A stretch of 64,000 bases of DNA from Phormidesmis sp. (GTDB taxonomy: Bacteria > Cyanobacteriota > Cyanobacteriia > Leptolyngbyales > Leptolyngbyaceae), in assembly GCA_965248535.1 (NCBI GenBank), contig CBDFJR010000005.1, positions 1,696,001 to 1,760,000 on the forward strand, in the 5' to 3' direction. This document shows, one piece after another, positions 39,168 through 49,799 of the stretch; positions within the stretch are counted from its first letter, which is position 1; every line of letters starts with the position of its first letter. Below the pieces are notes generated by a model. It searched no databases. It was not told where the DNA came from and worked only from the letters and a program-made list of their open reading frames with translations. Both the position numbers and the translations under genes were made by a program.

Positions 39168-39357
39168 GGGTTAGAGAGGCGAGACAGTGCTTTATTAATT
39201 GTCTACCATCCTGCCTCAAGTGAGGTGAAACGGGGCGAGGTCGATCGCCGAACTGCATACGACCTGCTTACGTTCGGTAAGGTGGGATGCTAAATTTGTA
39301 GGACGCATTTCCGGTCGGTCGCTTAAAATACTCAACTACACGTTCGCCCCCACTGCT

Positions 39358-40881
39358 ATGCACTCACCGCTTCCTGATGGCACCGTGATTCAAAACCGAT
39401 ACCGCATTGAGCGCGTGTTGGGACAAGGAGGATTTGGCAGAACCTATCTGGCGATCGACACCAATCGCTTTAATGAATTCTGTGTGCTGAAGGAATTTGC
39501 ACCTCAGGATCAGAGCGCTACCAATCTACGCAAGGCAGAAGATCTCTTTACCCGCGAGGCTGGGGTGCTCTATCAGCTTCGCCATGCTCAGATTCCGCGC
39601 TTTCGAGAAATGTTTCGCGTGCATTATCTCGATCGAGAACTTCTCTTTCTCGCCCAAGACTACATTGACGGCATCACCTACGAAGCCTTAATGGATTCGC
39701 GCCAGGGGCAAGGCTTTAGCGAAGCCGAGATTCTGCAACTCTTGCACCAGATTTTGCCTGTGTTGACCTATATTCACAGTGCCGGAATTGTGCATCGCGA
39801 CATCGCGCCAGACAACATTATTTTACGATCGACGGATCAACAACCTGTCCTCATCGATTTTGGAGTGGTTAAGGCCTTAGCCAACAGACTCGCTCAACCT
39901 GCGGTCAGCCACACCCTCGTAGGCAAGCCGGGCTATGCCTCTCCTGAACAACTCCAGGCCGGAACCGCCAATCCGAGCAGTGATTTATATGCGTTGGCGG
40001 TGACCTGCATTGTGCTGCTGACCGGACGAGACCCCAAATCGCTTTATGATCCCGTAACGCTGACGTGGATCTGGCAGCGCCACGCCGCCGTCAGTCCTGC
40101 ATTGGCATCGGTTCTCAATCGGCTGTTGAGCTATAAACCGAGCGATCGCTACCCCGCCGCCGCCGATGTTTTGGCCGTGCTGTCGCCGCTCAAAGTCCAG
40201 TCCATTCCTCTCGCTCAACCTGTTGCCGTTCCGCCTTCTCTCACCCAGCAGAATACAGTCGCCTTAGTCGGACGAAGACGCGCCACCACCGTGGTCAAGA
40301 GCAACCCGGCTCAAGGTCTTTCACAAAAGGCTCATCAGCCGCCTCAGACAGGGCAGCGATCGCCGCTCCATGCCCTGCTCTATGCTCCCGTTTGGATCGT
40401 CAAAGGAACGGCTTACCTGATCGGGGCCACGATTCGGGGAGTCTTTGGAGTGATTAAATTCACCGTCTGGGGCATTTTTCAACTCATTTATCGACTGATT
40501 ATTTTTGGTCTGGTGATGGCGCTTTTGGCGTGGGCAGTCCCGCAAATTTTGGCGTTAGTTCCAGGTTTTGGGCCGGCGCTAAAGCTGGCTCAAGGATCAA
40601 AATCAACTCAAAAGCCGCCCCAAGGAGATGATTTAGAAACTCGCTGCCAAAAATTGGGGCTGGATTATGCTGCCTTTGTGCGATCGGTCAACGACCAGTT
40701 CTACACCAAATATCCCGATCGTAAGGGCAAGCTTTTGAGCGGTGATGACAAAGATAAAGAGATGCGCGACGAGTGGTATGCGATCGCGGATGAATTATTA
40801 AAAAAATCAGCCAAGGGTGATGCTGAAAGCACCTCACCGCGCAATCCTAATTTCTTTAAAAAAGTCGCTGAATCTGAGTAA
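39358..40881 (+). CDS. Serine/threonine protein kinase (Hanks type, membrane-anchored)
   Basis: LGQGGFG, VLKE, HRDIAPDN, IDFG, GYASPEQ, SDLYAL. Confidence 0.95.
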   Translation: MHSPLPDGTVIQNRYRIERVLGQGGFGRTYLAIDTNRFNEFCVLKEFAPQDQSATNLRKAEDLFTREAGVLYQLRHAQIPRFREMFRVHYLDRELLFLAQDYIDGITYEALMDSRQGQGFSEAEILQLLHQILPVLTYIHSAGIVHRDIAPDNIILRSTDQQPVLIDFGVVKALANRLAQPAVSHTLVGKPGYASPEQLQAGTANPSSDLYALAVTCIVLLTGRDPKSLYDPVTLTWIWQRHAAVSPALASVLNRLLSYKPSDRYPAAADVLAVLSPLKVQSIPLAQPVAVPPSLTQQNTVALVGRRRATTVVKSNPAQGLSQKAHQPPQTGQRSPLHALLYAPVWIVKGTAYLIGATIRGVFGVIKFTVWGIFQLIYRLIIFGLVMALLAWAVPQILALVPGFGPALKLAQGSKSTQKPPQGDDLETRCQKLGLDYAAFVRSVNDQFYTKYPDRKGKLLSGDDKDKEMRDEWYAIADELLKKSAKGDAESTSPRNPNFFKKVAESE

Positions 40882-40911
40882 GTGTCTGAACAGCCCGAAC
40901 CTCAGAAACCT

Positions 40912-41840
40912 ATGACCTCTCAGCCTCACGACCAGTTTGCAAAAGAGCTTTTGGGTGAGTTGCTCGCCCCCTTTGGAGAAGTCCGCTCTGATCTGCCCAT
41001 CAAAGGAGAGCGACGCTATGCCGATATCTGGTTTTTGCCTAACGCTAGCCCGATCGCGCCTCGCCAAGATTTAGGATTGTTGGGTCAACTGGTCGCCCTC
41101 CCCTGTCTACTTGAGCCGTTTCGGAACCCCGTCGATCGGGCAGAGATTCGCAATTGTCTGCTTAAACTGCTGCTTTTGCACAGTCAGCTACAGCGCCAAG
41201 GCAGTGCGACAAAAGACGACTCTTCAAGAAGCTGATCTTCCTCACTTGTGGCTCATCGTTCCCGACCGCTTCTGCTGACCTGCGGAGAAGCTTTGCTGCC
41301 GCTCAACCCTCCGCGTGGATCAAGGGCGTATATTTGCTGCCAGAAGCTTATAAATCTGGGCTAGTGGTGGTTCATCAACTTCCCAAAACAACCGACACGC
41401 TCTGGCTCAGGCTTCTAGGGCGGGGAACCGTGCAAAAGCAGGCGATTCGGGAATTCACAACCTTGTCAGACGCTGACCCCCTGCGAGATAGTATTGGTGA
41501 GATCCTATCAAGTTGGCGAACTACCCTAGAAGAACGGGGCAACTTAAACGAGCAAGAAGGCGAGTTACTTATGAACTTATCTCCCGCTTATCTACAGCGA
41601 AAGCAAGAAATCTTAGAAGAAGGCAGACAAGAAGGCAGACAAGAAGGCAGACAGGAAGGGACGTTGGCAGAGCGACGAACGACGATCGAGAACCTGCTCA
41701 AAATTCGCTTCGGCTCTCTGAGTGGGCTTTCTGCCATTATCGAACCGCTCTTAGCGCTGTCTCCAGAGGAATTCACGCCGCTGTTGCTGCAACAGTCTCG
41801 CGAACAGTTGCTCGATCGCTTCTCAAGCCAGACCCCTTAA
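40912..41840 (+). CDS. Rpn-like (PD-(D/E)XK) protein with EGRQ repeats, split by two +1 frameshifts (~41212, ~41262)
   Basis: HDQFAK, ADIWF, LLEPFRNP. Middle frame LQEADLPHLWLIV. Then LPKT.DTLWLRLLG and EGRQ x3. Confidence 0.75.
41619..41660 (+). repeat. 12-bp tandem repeat encoding EGRQ
   Basis: GAAGGCAGACAA x2, GAAGGCAGACAG, GAAGGG. Confidence 0.85.
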
Positions 41841-43309
41841 AAAAACTTGATTTTGCGAGACGCATAGAGGCCCATTCGCAGCAAAATCAACCCTTCTCGC
41901 ACGTGAGCAATATTGGAGGTTCCGTAGGTGCGCGGCTGATAGCGGACAGGCACATCGACCATGTGTAAGCTCAATTTCGTGGCCCCAAACAGCAGATCAA
42001 AATCTCCAAAGGGGTCAAAGTCGCCAAAATAGCTGCGTCCGGCGGCGATCTTTTCGTAGTCTTCACGCCGTAAAACCTTAGTGCCACAGAGCGTATCTTT
42101 GAGCGGTTGCCCCAACAAAAACGAAAACGCCAGACTGAAGAATTTGTTGGCCCAATTGTTGAGCCAAGGCATGGCTTGCCCCGATCGGGGATAAACTAAC
42201 CGAGAGCCATTGGCAAACTCGCCGCGACCGGAGGCAATCACCTCAAAAAAATGGGGCAGATCTTCGGGCTGAACGGTCAAATCGGCATCTAGAATCATCA
42301 AGATATCGCCTGTTGCGTGCTCAAACCCCAATCGCACCGCGTCGGCTTTTCCTTTTCCTGACTGCTGAAAGGCCTTAAGCGTAAAGCGATCGTGCCCCTG
42401 CTGCACGACACGCTGAATCTCTGCCCAGGTGTCGTCTCGCGAATGTCCTTCGACAAAAATGACTTCAGTGTGCTTTCCAAGTGAGGGGAGGCGCTCGATC
42501 GCGCCACGAATATTGCCTGCCTCATTGCGAGCCGGGATAATCACTGAACAGGTGACTGCCTTCTCGTCGATCGCTGCGCCAACGGGTCGAGCCACGATGT
42601 AATGGGTGAGACAAAGATGGTTAATGCCGGGCAGATGGGCCAGAATGCGATTGAAGAGAAAGGTCAAGCCAGGAATCGGTTTGGGCATGAGAAACCGCCG
42701 ACCCGATCGCACGGGCAAATAGCCTGTGATCTTCAGCAGGTTTTGAACATCGGTCATAGAAAGCCAGCTTTGAGGCGGCTGCGGGCGACGTTGACCAATG
42801 CGATCGGCGAGGTGCAAGAGCGGCTGCCACAAAAAATTATGAAAGGTCAAAATCAGCCGCGTCCGAGGATGACAAAAAGCCTGTAGCTGCTGCAAAGCCT
42901 GCTGAATGTCTCCCAAATGACCCAAGGTGCCTGATAGCACGATGAAGTCAAACGGAACTGAATTGCCCAGATCGGTTGGAGTCACTGTTTCAACATCCAA
43001 ACAATAGAACTTTAGATGCGGATAGTTTGATCGAGCAATGGCGATCGTCACTGATGAAAAATCAATCCCAACGCCTCGATCCGGATTCAACGCTGCAAGC
43101 AGATTGCCCGTACCACAGCCCACTTCTAAAACGCGACTGCCCGGAGGAATCAAAAATTGATGCAAGCGATCGAGATCTTGGTAGTAATATTTGTTGCGAC
43201 GACTCCAGCGATCGAGATCGGGGGCAACCCCGTCAAAATAAGTTCTCACCTGCTCTTTGAAAGCATCTTTGAACAGCAATGTTGAGGATTGAGTCGTAGG
43301 TTGAGTCAC
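41837..43309 (-). CDS. SAM-methyltransferase-like + GT2 glycosyltransferase fusion
   Basis: VLEVGCGTG, SVIIPARNE, ILDADL, DTLCGTK, DFDPFGDFDLLFGA. Confidence 0.9.
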   Translation of the reverse strand: MTQPTTQSSTLLFKDAFKEQVRTYFDGVAPDLDRWSRRNKYYYQDLDRLHQFLIPPGSRVLEVGCGTGNLLAALNPDRGVGIDFSSVTIAIARSNYPHLKFYCLDVETVTPTDLGNSVPFDFIVLSGTLGHLGDIQQALQQLQAFCHPRTRLILTFHNFLWQPLLHLADRIGQRRPQPPQSWLSMTDVQNLLKITGYLPVRSGRRFLMPKPIPGLTFLFNRILAHLPGINHLCLTHYIVARPVGAAIDEKAVTCSVIIPARNEAGNIRGAIERLPSLGKHTEVIFVEGHSRDDTWAEIQRVVQQGHDRFTLKAFQQSGKGKADAVRLGFEHATGDILMILDADLTVQPEDLPHFFEVIASGRGEFANGSRLVYPRSGQAMPWLNNWANKFFSLAFSFLLGQPLKDTLCGTKVLRREDYEKIAAGRSYFGDFDPFGDFDLLFGATKLSLHMVDVPVRYQPRTYGTSNIAHVREGLILLRMGLYASRKIKFF

Positions 43310-43576
43310 AGGTGCAGTTCTAGAAGAGGAGTGCGGTAGGCACAGAGGCTCAATCTTCTCATATTGCAAGAGTCACTTTAATTCAGCATCGCCCGCCTTA
43401 ATAAACTCTAATGTCTTCCGTCAGACTTGTGGATGTATCCTACATTTATTCAGTTGCGCCGTTGCAGGCGTGAGCGATGGATGACTATAAAACTCTGAAA
43501 GCCCGATCGTGGCCCGGTTTTGGTTTTGAGATCCCAACGTTGAAAAAATCCCTATAGTTTGGTGGGTGCTAATAAA

Positions 43577-45490
43577 ATGACCATTAAAAAATCTTCAGTC
43601 GGCAGTCTGGTTTTGCTCTTCGGCTTAGGCGTGGCTTTGCAGCCGATCGCGACGTTTCTCTCTAGCCCTTCCGTTGGGGCACAATCGGTCAACTTTGCGC
43701 TGCCTAGCTCGGTGCCCTCAGGAACGACCCTTCAAATTGATGGCTCAACCAGCATGGACAGCCTCAATCAGTCGTTAAAGCAGCGCTTTGAGCAGCAATA
43801 TCCTGGCACAAAAGTCAATATCAACACGGTGGGCAGCGCCGCCGGACTGCAAGCCCTGCTCGATGGAAAAGCCGATTTAGCCGCGATCGGTCGCCCCTTA
43901 ACCGACCCCGAAAAAGCCCAAGGGTTAGTCGCCGTGCCAGTAGCGCGAGACAAAATCGCGATCGTGGTCGGCGCTAATCGTTCTCTCTCAAAAGGACTAG
44001 ACATTAACCAGTTCGCTAAGATATTTCGCGGTGAAATCAAGAACTGGTCAGACGTTGGCGGCGCGGCGGGCCCGATTCGGCTGGTAGACAGACCCGTGAT
44101 GAATGACACCCGGCAGGCGTTTCGCAACTATCCAGCGTTTAAAAACGCCCCTTTTGAAACAGGTGCTACTGCCGACAAGCTCAATGATGAGAGTCCGGCG
44201 GCAGTGATTCAAAAACTGGGGAAGGATGGAATTAGCTATCTCCCAGCGCATCAGGTGCAAGGTCAGGCGGGTGTTAAAGCCGTTGCCATGCATGGGGTGG
44301 CTCCGACCAATTCTAAATATCCGTTCTCGCAGGCTTTGTTTTATGTCTATAGAGCCACCAATCCGCCTAGCACCGCAGTGCAGGCATTTTTGGGCTATGC
44401 GGCTGCAAAACCAGGTCAGGAGGCGATCAAAGCGTCTGGGGTCGAAGCGATCGTGCCCACCCTCTTAAACGCAAAGGCGGCTCCGCTAGCTGCTAAATCG
44501 GGCGGGGTAGCGAATGGAAAGGCGAATGCTGACGGCAACGCTGGCGCTAACAAGTCCGCAAAAAACTCTGCTGGCAATAAAGCCGCAGCGCTGTATGCTC
44601 CTGGGTCGAGTCAGACGACTGAAACCGCAGGTAAAACTGCATTGCTGCCGCCGTCTGGGGCGACGAGTGGGGCTGAGTCAGAAAAAATGCCTTCATGGTG
44701 GTGGTTGCTGCCTTTGGGGTCTCTAGCGGCCCTGTTTTGGATGCTAGGCAAAGAGCGATCGCGTCCCGCTGCTCGTCCTTACGCTCCCCCCACGGCTGGC
44801 TATTCGGATGACACAAATTTTCCGGGAGGCTTTGATCCCCACCGATCGCAGCCCGATCTCCTAGGAAGGGACACCGCTAAGTCTTATTTAGACGGCGATC
44901 GAGACACCACCCCTGCTGAAACCTCGCTGACTCACCCGCAGGCAACAAGTGAGTCTTCACCTGACCCAATCACGGGGTCTCCTAACCTGTTGGAGCGCTC
45001 TAGCAATCTGGCCGCAGGTGCCGCGATCGCAGGTGGGGCAGGAACGGCTGCTTGGTCATTCTTGGGCGATCAGGCTCAATCAGACTCCTCGCCTCTAAAA
45101 GCATCGGCGGGCGGGGCGGCTCAGAGCACCGGGCTAGACAATCACCCCTTGGCTGAGACTGAAGGGCAGATTAGCATTTTGCCGCGCAGCGCTGAGTGGG
45201 CGACGCTGCGCTGGAATGTGCCGCGATCGCTGAGAGCAGACGTGCCTCGCCAAGGAGGAGAGCGGTTAGTGGTCAGGCTTTATGATGTCACAGGGCTTGA
45301 CGTAGCGCAGACCCCCGATCGCTTTCAGCAGTTTGACTGTGATGATTTGGCGTTGAGTTGCAATGTGCCGCTTCCCGCTAGCGATCGCACCTATCTCGCT
45401 GAAATTGGCTACCTGGGTGCCGACGATCGCTGGACGCGATTTGCCCGATCGACTCCGGTTTGGGTGCCTGCCACGACTCGAATGGGTTAA
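43577..45490 (+). CDS. PstS-like substrate-binding domain + TM + DUF4912 protein
   Basis: IDGSTSM, GS..GLQAL, IFRGEI.NW..VGG, WWWLLPL TM, RLYDVTG and Y.AEIGY. Confidence 0.82.
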   Translation: MTIKKSSVGSLVLLFGLGVALQPIATFLSSPSVGAQSVNFALPSSVPSGTTLQIDGSTSMDSLNQSLKQRFEQQYPGTKVNINTVGSAAGLQALLDGKADLAAIGRPLTDPEKAQGLVAVPVARDKIAIVVGANRSLSKGLDINQFAKIFRGEIKNWSDVGGAAGPIRLVDRPVMNDTRQAFRNYPAFKNAPFETGATADKLNDESPAAVIQKLGKDGISYLPAHQVQGQAGVKAVAMHGVAPTNSKYPFSQALFYVYRATNPPSTAVQAFLGYAAAKPGQEAIKASGVEAIVPTLLNAKAAPLAAKSGGVANGKANADGNAGANKSAKNSAGNKAAALYAPGSSQTTETAGKTALLPPSGATSGAESEKMPSWWWLLPLGSLAALFWMLGKERSRPAARPYAPPTAGYSDDTNFPGGFDPHRSQPDLLGRDTAKSYLDGDRDTTPAETSLTHPQATSESSPDPITGSPNLLERSSNLAAGAAIAGGAGTAAWSFLGDQAQSDSSPLKASAGGAAQSTGLDNHPLAETEGQISILPRSAEWATLRWNVPRSLRADVPRQGGERLVVRLYDVTGLDVAQTPDRFQQFDCDDLALSCNVPLPASDRTYLAEIGYLGADDRWTRFARSTPVWVPATTRMG

Positions 45491-45557
45491 CCCCTAAAAA
45501 CACGTATCGATGGAATAGAGTTCTCTAGCTTCAGGGTTCTCGCTGATTTCGCCCCTG

Positions 45558-45589
45558 TCTCACCGGACGATCGCTCGGTGAGATTTTTT
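45558..45589 (+). terminator. Intrinsic terminator
   Basis: TCTCACCG-loop-CGGTGAGA-TTTTTT. Confidence 0.65.
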
Positions 45590-45756
45590 CTCACTAGTCT
45601 AGGTTGAAATGTTGTCAACAGTACAGACCGCAAGGCTCATTAAGCTATCCTTTAGATAGGTTCTGCTAAGAGTCGGGTTTTCTAAGATCGAATTGTCTCC
45701 GCAGCAAAGCTACAACGGCACTACAGAATTTTGATGCTCTCTCACACAGGTTTGCC

Positions 45757-45975
45757 ATGTCTAACGTTAATACCTCTTCACCCTCCCCAGATAATGCCCG
45801 CCCTCTAGCGTGTGAAACTCAGGTTTGGGATAGCCTCAAGCGGGCGATCGCCGACAGTTCGGGGTTTAAGGGCTGGAAGATCGAGCGAGAAGTAGACAAA
45901 CACCTGACGGAATTGAGTCTTGACACGCTTGTTCACACCTATCTGCGCGAGACTCTAGAAACTCTCGCTTATTAA
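45757..45975 (+). CDS. Small conserved hypothetical protein
   Basis: W..LK.AIA.SSGF..W and YLRETLETLAY. Confidence 0.8.
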   Translation: MSNVNTSSPSPDNARPLACETQVWDSLKRAIADSSGFKGWKIEREVDKHLTELSLDTLVHTYLRETLETLAY

Positions 45976-46022
45976 GGTCAATGCTTGCAGAGTCTCTCTC
46001 GGTTTGCCCCCTGATTAGGGGG

Positions 46023-46574
46023 CTATTTTTTGAGCAAAATGCTGCCAAGCGGTGACTTGAGGCGATCGCTGAGATCACTCAGGCGACGATAGGCATCGAC
46101 GATGCGATCGCCATCCACCAAAACCTCTTGAGTTGGATATTTCTGCACAACTTCTAAAATCGAGAGTTTGCCATCTCCACTGGCAGAAAGCGCCAGCGCC
46201 CCCCGTAGCGCTTGACGATCAGCCCCGCCCGTCGGCGTGCGAATGGCTTGACTAAGAGGATCGAGCAGGGCGTTTCCGATCGGGCCGTTGAGCACTCGAT
46301 CGAGCACGATCGGGTTGATGCGGATCTCTTTAGTGAGCATTTGCCGCACCGCTTCGGGCTTTTGACCTGATAGTTTCAAATGAGCTTGCAGCGCGGGTGA
46401 GGCATTTCCGGTTTCGGCAAAAGTGGTGAGGTCGTTGACTGAAACCGATTCTCGCAAAATGCCGTATTTCAAAATCACTTGTTGAGCCGCAAAAGCGGCC
46501 GAGCCAGCAAAGGCAGGGCTGGTAGCGACTCCCAAAATCAGCAGAAGACGAAGAGACAAACCTGATAATTTCAT
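46023..46574 (-). CDS. DUF1400 (alpha/beta hydrolase-associated) domain protein
   Basis: Signal peptide, L.YG....S.SV.DL..FAETG, ALRGAL.LSA..DG..S.LEV...YPT. Confidence 0.82.
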   Translation of the reverse strand: MKLSGLSLRLLLILGVATSPAFAGSAAFAAQQVILKYGILRESVSVNDLTTFAETGNASPALQAHLKLSGQKPEAVRQMLTKEIRINPIVLDRVLNGPIGNALLDPLSQAIRTPTGGADRQALRGALALSASGDGKLSILEVVQKYPTQEVLVDGDRIVDAYRRLSDLSDRLKSPLGSILLKK

Positions 46575-46639
46575 GAGTTTAGGGAAAGAGGTCTGGTTTC
46601 TTACGACGATAGCGCCCTGCAATAGGTTCGCTCGTGGGG

Positions 46640-46963
46640 TCAGTCTTTAGGCAGAATTTCGCTGACAATCTCATAGGTGCTGATCATCGGCACGGCCGAA
46701 AACAGCGGAGACATTTTCTTGAGAATGGCTTGATGCGCCTCGCTGCTGTTGGCTTCCATTAGGGCTTCGCTCTCCCAAAAAATGACCGAAATGCCGCGAT
46801 CGGTGTCTTTTTCTCTCAGCAAATAGGCTCCTAAAAAGCCCTCTGCATACATCGCAACGGCGGTTTGATAGAGTTGCTGCGCTTCGGCAAAGGTGCCCGG
46901 TTTGAATTCTCCGATCGCGACTTGAGCACATTTGTGAATCAGGAAATCTTGGAAATCTGTCAT
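46640..46963 (-). CDS. Antibiotic biosynthesis monooxygenase-like protein
   Basis: GFLGAYLL...GISVIFWES pattern. ATG at 46963. Confidence 0.75.
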   Translation of the reverse strand: MTDFQDFLIHKCAQVAIGEFKPGTFAEAQQLYQTAVAMYAEGFLGAYLLREKDTDRGISVIFWESEALMEANSSEAHQAILKKMSPLFSAVPMISTYEIVSEILPKD

Positions 46964-47234
46964 AAGACCCGGTTGGTTGAGAGACAACAGTTAAATCAGG
47001 GATGCTTATCATTAAACTCCGTGAGGCGATGCCTTCGAGTTAACTCTGCTTAAAACCATATATTTCTTAAACCACCCGTCAGGGAACTTAGCGCCCTTTG
47101 AGTTTGTCACGGCCCTGAGTTCTAAGTTGAGATTAGGTGCTATGGTCTATTGCTGACATCTGAACTTAGGTCAGACTTTTGACGGATTAATTTTCAACTC
47201 GATCTCTTCATCAACTCCTACACAAAGCACCGAT

Positions 47235-48968
47235 ATGTCACGCCAGGGTATTCAAAATCTTTCGATTTCTCACTTCAAAACTCGGTTTGCCGCTTGCTCA
47301 GGGTTAGCAACCCTGGTGTGGATGAGTGGCGGTGCATTGTTGGCTCAACCGGTGCCGACTGCACCCAGTGTGGTGGTTCCTGTGGTCACGCCTGAAGCGA
47401 CCCCAACCGCACCAAGCGTTGTAGTTCCAACACCAACACCAACGCCAACGCCGAACGCGCTGCCATCAGTGCCGACTCAGCCGAATGCAGTGCCGACTCA
47501 GGTGCCCATTGCCAGCGGCATTGTTTATGTAAATCCGGCATCGGGCAGCGATCGCTCAGATGCGGGGCGAGTGGATGCCCCCTACCGCACGATCGCCTTT
47601 GCGCTGCAACAGTCGGCAGCAGGCACAGTCATTCAACTCGCGCCGGGCACCTACAGCAAGGAAAGTGGCGAGACGTTTCCGATTCAACTCAAGCCCGGTG
47701 TCGTGTTGCGGGGCGATGAGCCAAGCAAGGGGCAAAGCATCCAGATTACGGGCAGTGGCTCCTATAACAGCAAGACATTTGCGACTCAAAACGTGACGAT
47801 TTTGCCAGGGCAAAACAGCGAGATTCGGGGAGTCACCGTCACAAATTCTAATTCTCGCGGGACGGGGATTTGGGTTGAAGACACTGATCTGACGATCGCT
47901 AACAGCACCTTTACAAAAAGCGTCAGAGAAGGCGTGTTTGTCACAGGCACCGCCAATCCTAAAATTCTCGACAGCATCTTCACCCAAAATCAAGGCAATG
48001 GCATTTCAGTAGCCAAGGCTGCACGGGGCGAGATTCGCGGCAACGTGTTTACAGACACTGGGTTTGGGTTAGCGATCGGGGGCACCTCTGCGCCGATCGT
48101 CGATGGCAATCAGATTAGCCAAAACCAGGATGGCATCTACATCAATGACAATGCTCGTCCGATTCTTCGCAACAACTCGATCACCGACAATAAGCGTGAT
48201 GGAGTGGTGGCGACGATCGGCGCACAACCCGATTTAGGCACGGCTGAGTCGGCTGGAAACAACACGATTCGCAATAACAAACAATTCGACCTCAATAACT
48301 CGACGGGCAGCAACACGATCGTGGCGATCGGCAACAGCATCGACCCCAAACGCATCTCTGGAAAAGTCGAGTTTGTTGCTAGCAATGGCACCTTTACCGA
48401 CACTCCAGGAAACTGGGCGCAGGCTTATATTCAAGCCTTGGCTGTCAAGAAAGTGATTACGGGCTTCCCAGACGGCAGCTTTAAGCCCAACGATCCCGTG
48501 ACTCGTGCTCAGTTTGCAGTGATTGTGAGCAAAGCCTTTAGCCCTGCCCCTCGACGAGCGGGGACTGCCTTTAGCGATGTTGCTAAGAGCTTTTGGGGAT
48601 TTGACGCGATTCAAGCGGCTTCGCAAGGTGGCTTTATGGCGGGCTATCCTGGCGGCACGTTTAAGCCTGACCAAAAGATTCCCAGAGTGCAAGCGCTGGT
48701 GGCGATCGCCAATGGCTTAGAGTTTGGCGACGGCAATGTTTCGATTTTGTCAAAATACCAGGATGCGACAGCGATTCCGTCTTATGCGAGTGGAGCGATC
48801 GCGGCGGCAACTACCCGCCAAGTCGTCGTCAACTACCCGATCGTCGGCACGTTAAATCCTAATCGGGAGGCAACTCGCGCAGAGGTTGCAGCGTTTGTCT
48901 ATCAAGCGTTGGTCAATGCAGGAAAAGCACAAGCGCTCCCGTCGCCTTACGTGGTCACTACTCCTTAG
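47235..48968 (+). CDS. DUF1565 beta-helix protein with three SLH domains
   Basis: YVNP..G.D, PYRTI..AL, LAPGTYS..SGE.FP. SLH motifs ITGFPDGSFKPNDPVTRAQFA. Confidence 0.92.
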   Translation: MSRQGIQNLSISHFKTRFAACSGLATLVWMSGGALLAQPVPTAPSVVVPVVTPEATPTAPSVVVPTPTPTPTPNALPSVPTQPNAVPTQVPIASGIVYVNPASGSDRSDAGRVDAPYRTIAFALQQSAAGTVIQLAPGTYSKESGETFPIQLKPGVVLRGDEPSKGQSIQITGSGSYNSKTFATQNVTILPGQNSEIRGVTVTNSNSRGTGIWVEDTDLTIANSTFTKSVREGVFVTGTANPKILDSIFTQNQGNGISVAKAARGEIRGNVFTDTGFGLAIGGTSAPIVDGNQISQNQDGIYINDNARPILRNNSITDNKRDGVVATIGAQPDLGTAESAGNNTIRNNKQFDLNNSTGSNTIVAIGNSIDPKRISGKVEFVASNGTFTDTPGNWAQAYIQALAVKKVITGFPDGSFKPNDPVTRAQFAVIVSKAFSPAPRRAGTAFSDVAKSFWGFDAIQAASQGGFMAGYPGGTFKPDQKIPRVQALVAIANGLEFGDGNVSILSKYQDATAIPSYASGAIAAATTRQVVVNYPIVGTLNPNREATRAEVAAFVYQALVNAGKAQALPSPYVVTTP

Positions 48969-48982
48969 ATTTCCTACCTATC

Positions 48983-49023
48983 TGCTTTGGAGCAAAACAA
49001 TTTATTATTTTTGTCCCAAAGCG
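48983..49023. terminator. Hairpin between convergent genes at the left edge of the AT-rich island
   Basis: GCTTTGGAGCAAAA...TTTTGTCCCAAAGC (12/14). Confidence 0.5.
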
Positions 49024-49254
49024 GATATACGGAAAACTTCTGTTTATTCGCTTAGTATAGATTCTTGATGAGAGAACGAGGAAGGAGCAATCTCAAAAAA
49101 CCTAACTTGCAAGGAAGTGATGGCGCTAGAAAAAATATTGAGATCTCTAGGCTCAGGGTCTGTACATCCATCTAAATGATTGACCATAAGTTCAAATTCT
49201 TGGTAGAGGCAATAGTTAAACATCCATCTATTGAAACCAAGTTTCTGAGCCCTA

Positions 49255-49776
49255 CTACCACTGCTCACACTCGCAACGTTCTAAATTACTATTTGCTGCC
49301 TTACAACCAAGTTTTTTCTGATGTTCTAAAACCGGTTTGGTGTGCACCCTCTTTGCAAAACGCTTTGCCTCTCGTCCTTTAGACATCAAATATTTACATA
49401 GTTTCTCAGCCATGAGCGGCTCAATAGTCACATTAAAGTGTAGATGTCGGACATTTAAGCATTTTCCCTCTGATTTTTTATCGGCAATGAGACCAACTTC
49501 TTGAAGCTCATCTTCTGTTACCCAAATAAAGTCGATGTCCTGCTCTCTAGGATTTCGATCGTCAGTTCGAGATGCTACTACGCCATAAAATTCCTGATCT
49601 GTGCTAACCAGCCAAATGCTATAGAGGTGAGTCGGTTTATCGAATAAACTTTCAGCAACGGCCCTCGCCCGTTCTTCTATTGTGTTACATTCTTCAGGCT
49701 CCCATCGAGTACGGCTACGAATTTCTCGAATGTACGCAGGAGGTTGGATACCGAAATCTAATAAGCTGGGTAGCAT
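49255..49776 (-). CDS. Hypothetical protein, ADP-ribosyltransferase-toxin-like (CmdT-like pattern)
   Basis: YIREI..RTRW, LYSIW, IDFIWV.E.EL..VG, G...N..H.HF. Last gene of the AT-rich operon. The function is inference. Confidence 0.6.
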   Translation of the reverse strand: MLPSLLDFGIQPPAYIREIRSRTRWEPEECNTIEERARAVAESLFDKPTHLYSIWLVSTDQEFYGVVASRTDDRNPREQDIDFIWVTEDELQEVGLIADKKSEGKCLNVRHLHFNVTIEPLMAEKLCKYLMSKGREAKRFAKRVHTKPVLEHQKKLGCKAANSNLERCECEQW

Positions 49777-49799
49777 ACCTGAAGTAATATCAAATGAGG

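Noticed and set aside
43377..43415. Pho box upstream of the PstS-like gene
   Set aside because: The TTAA-like units are degenerate and not on an 11-bp period.
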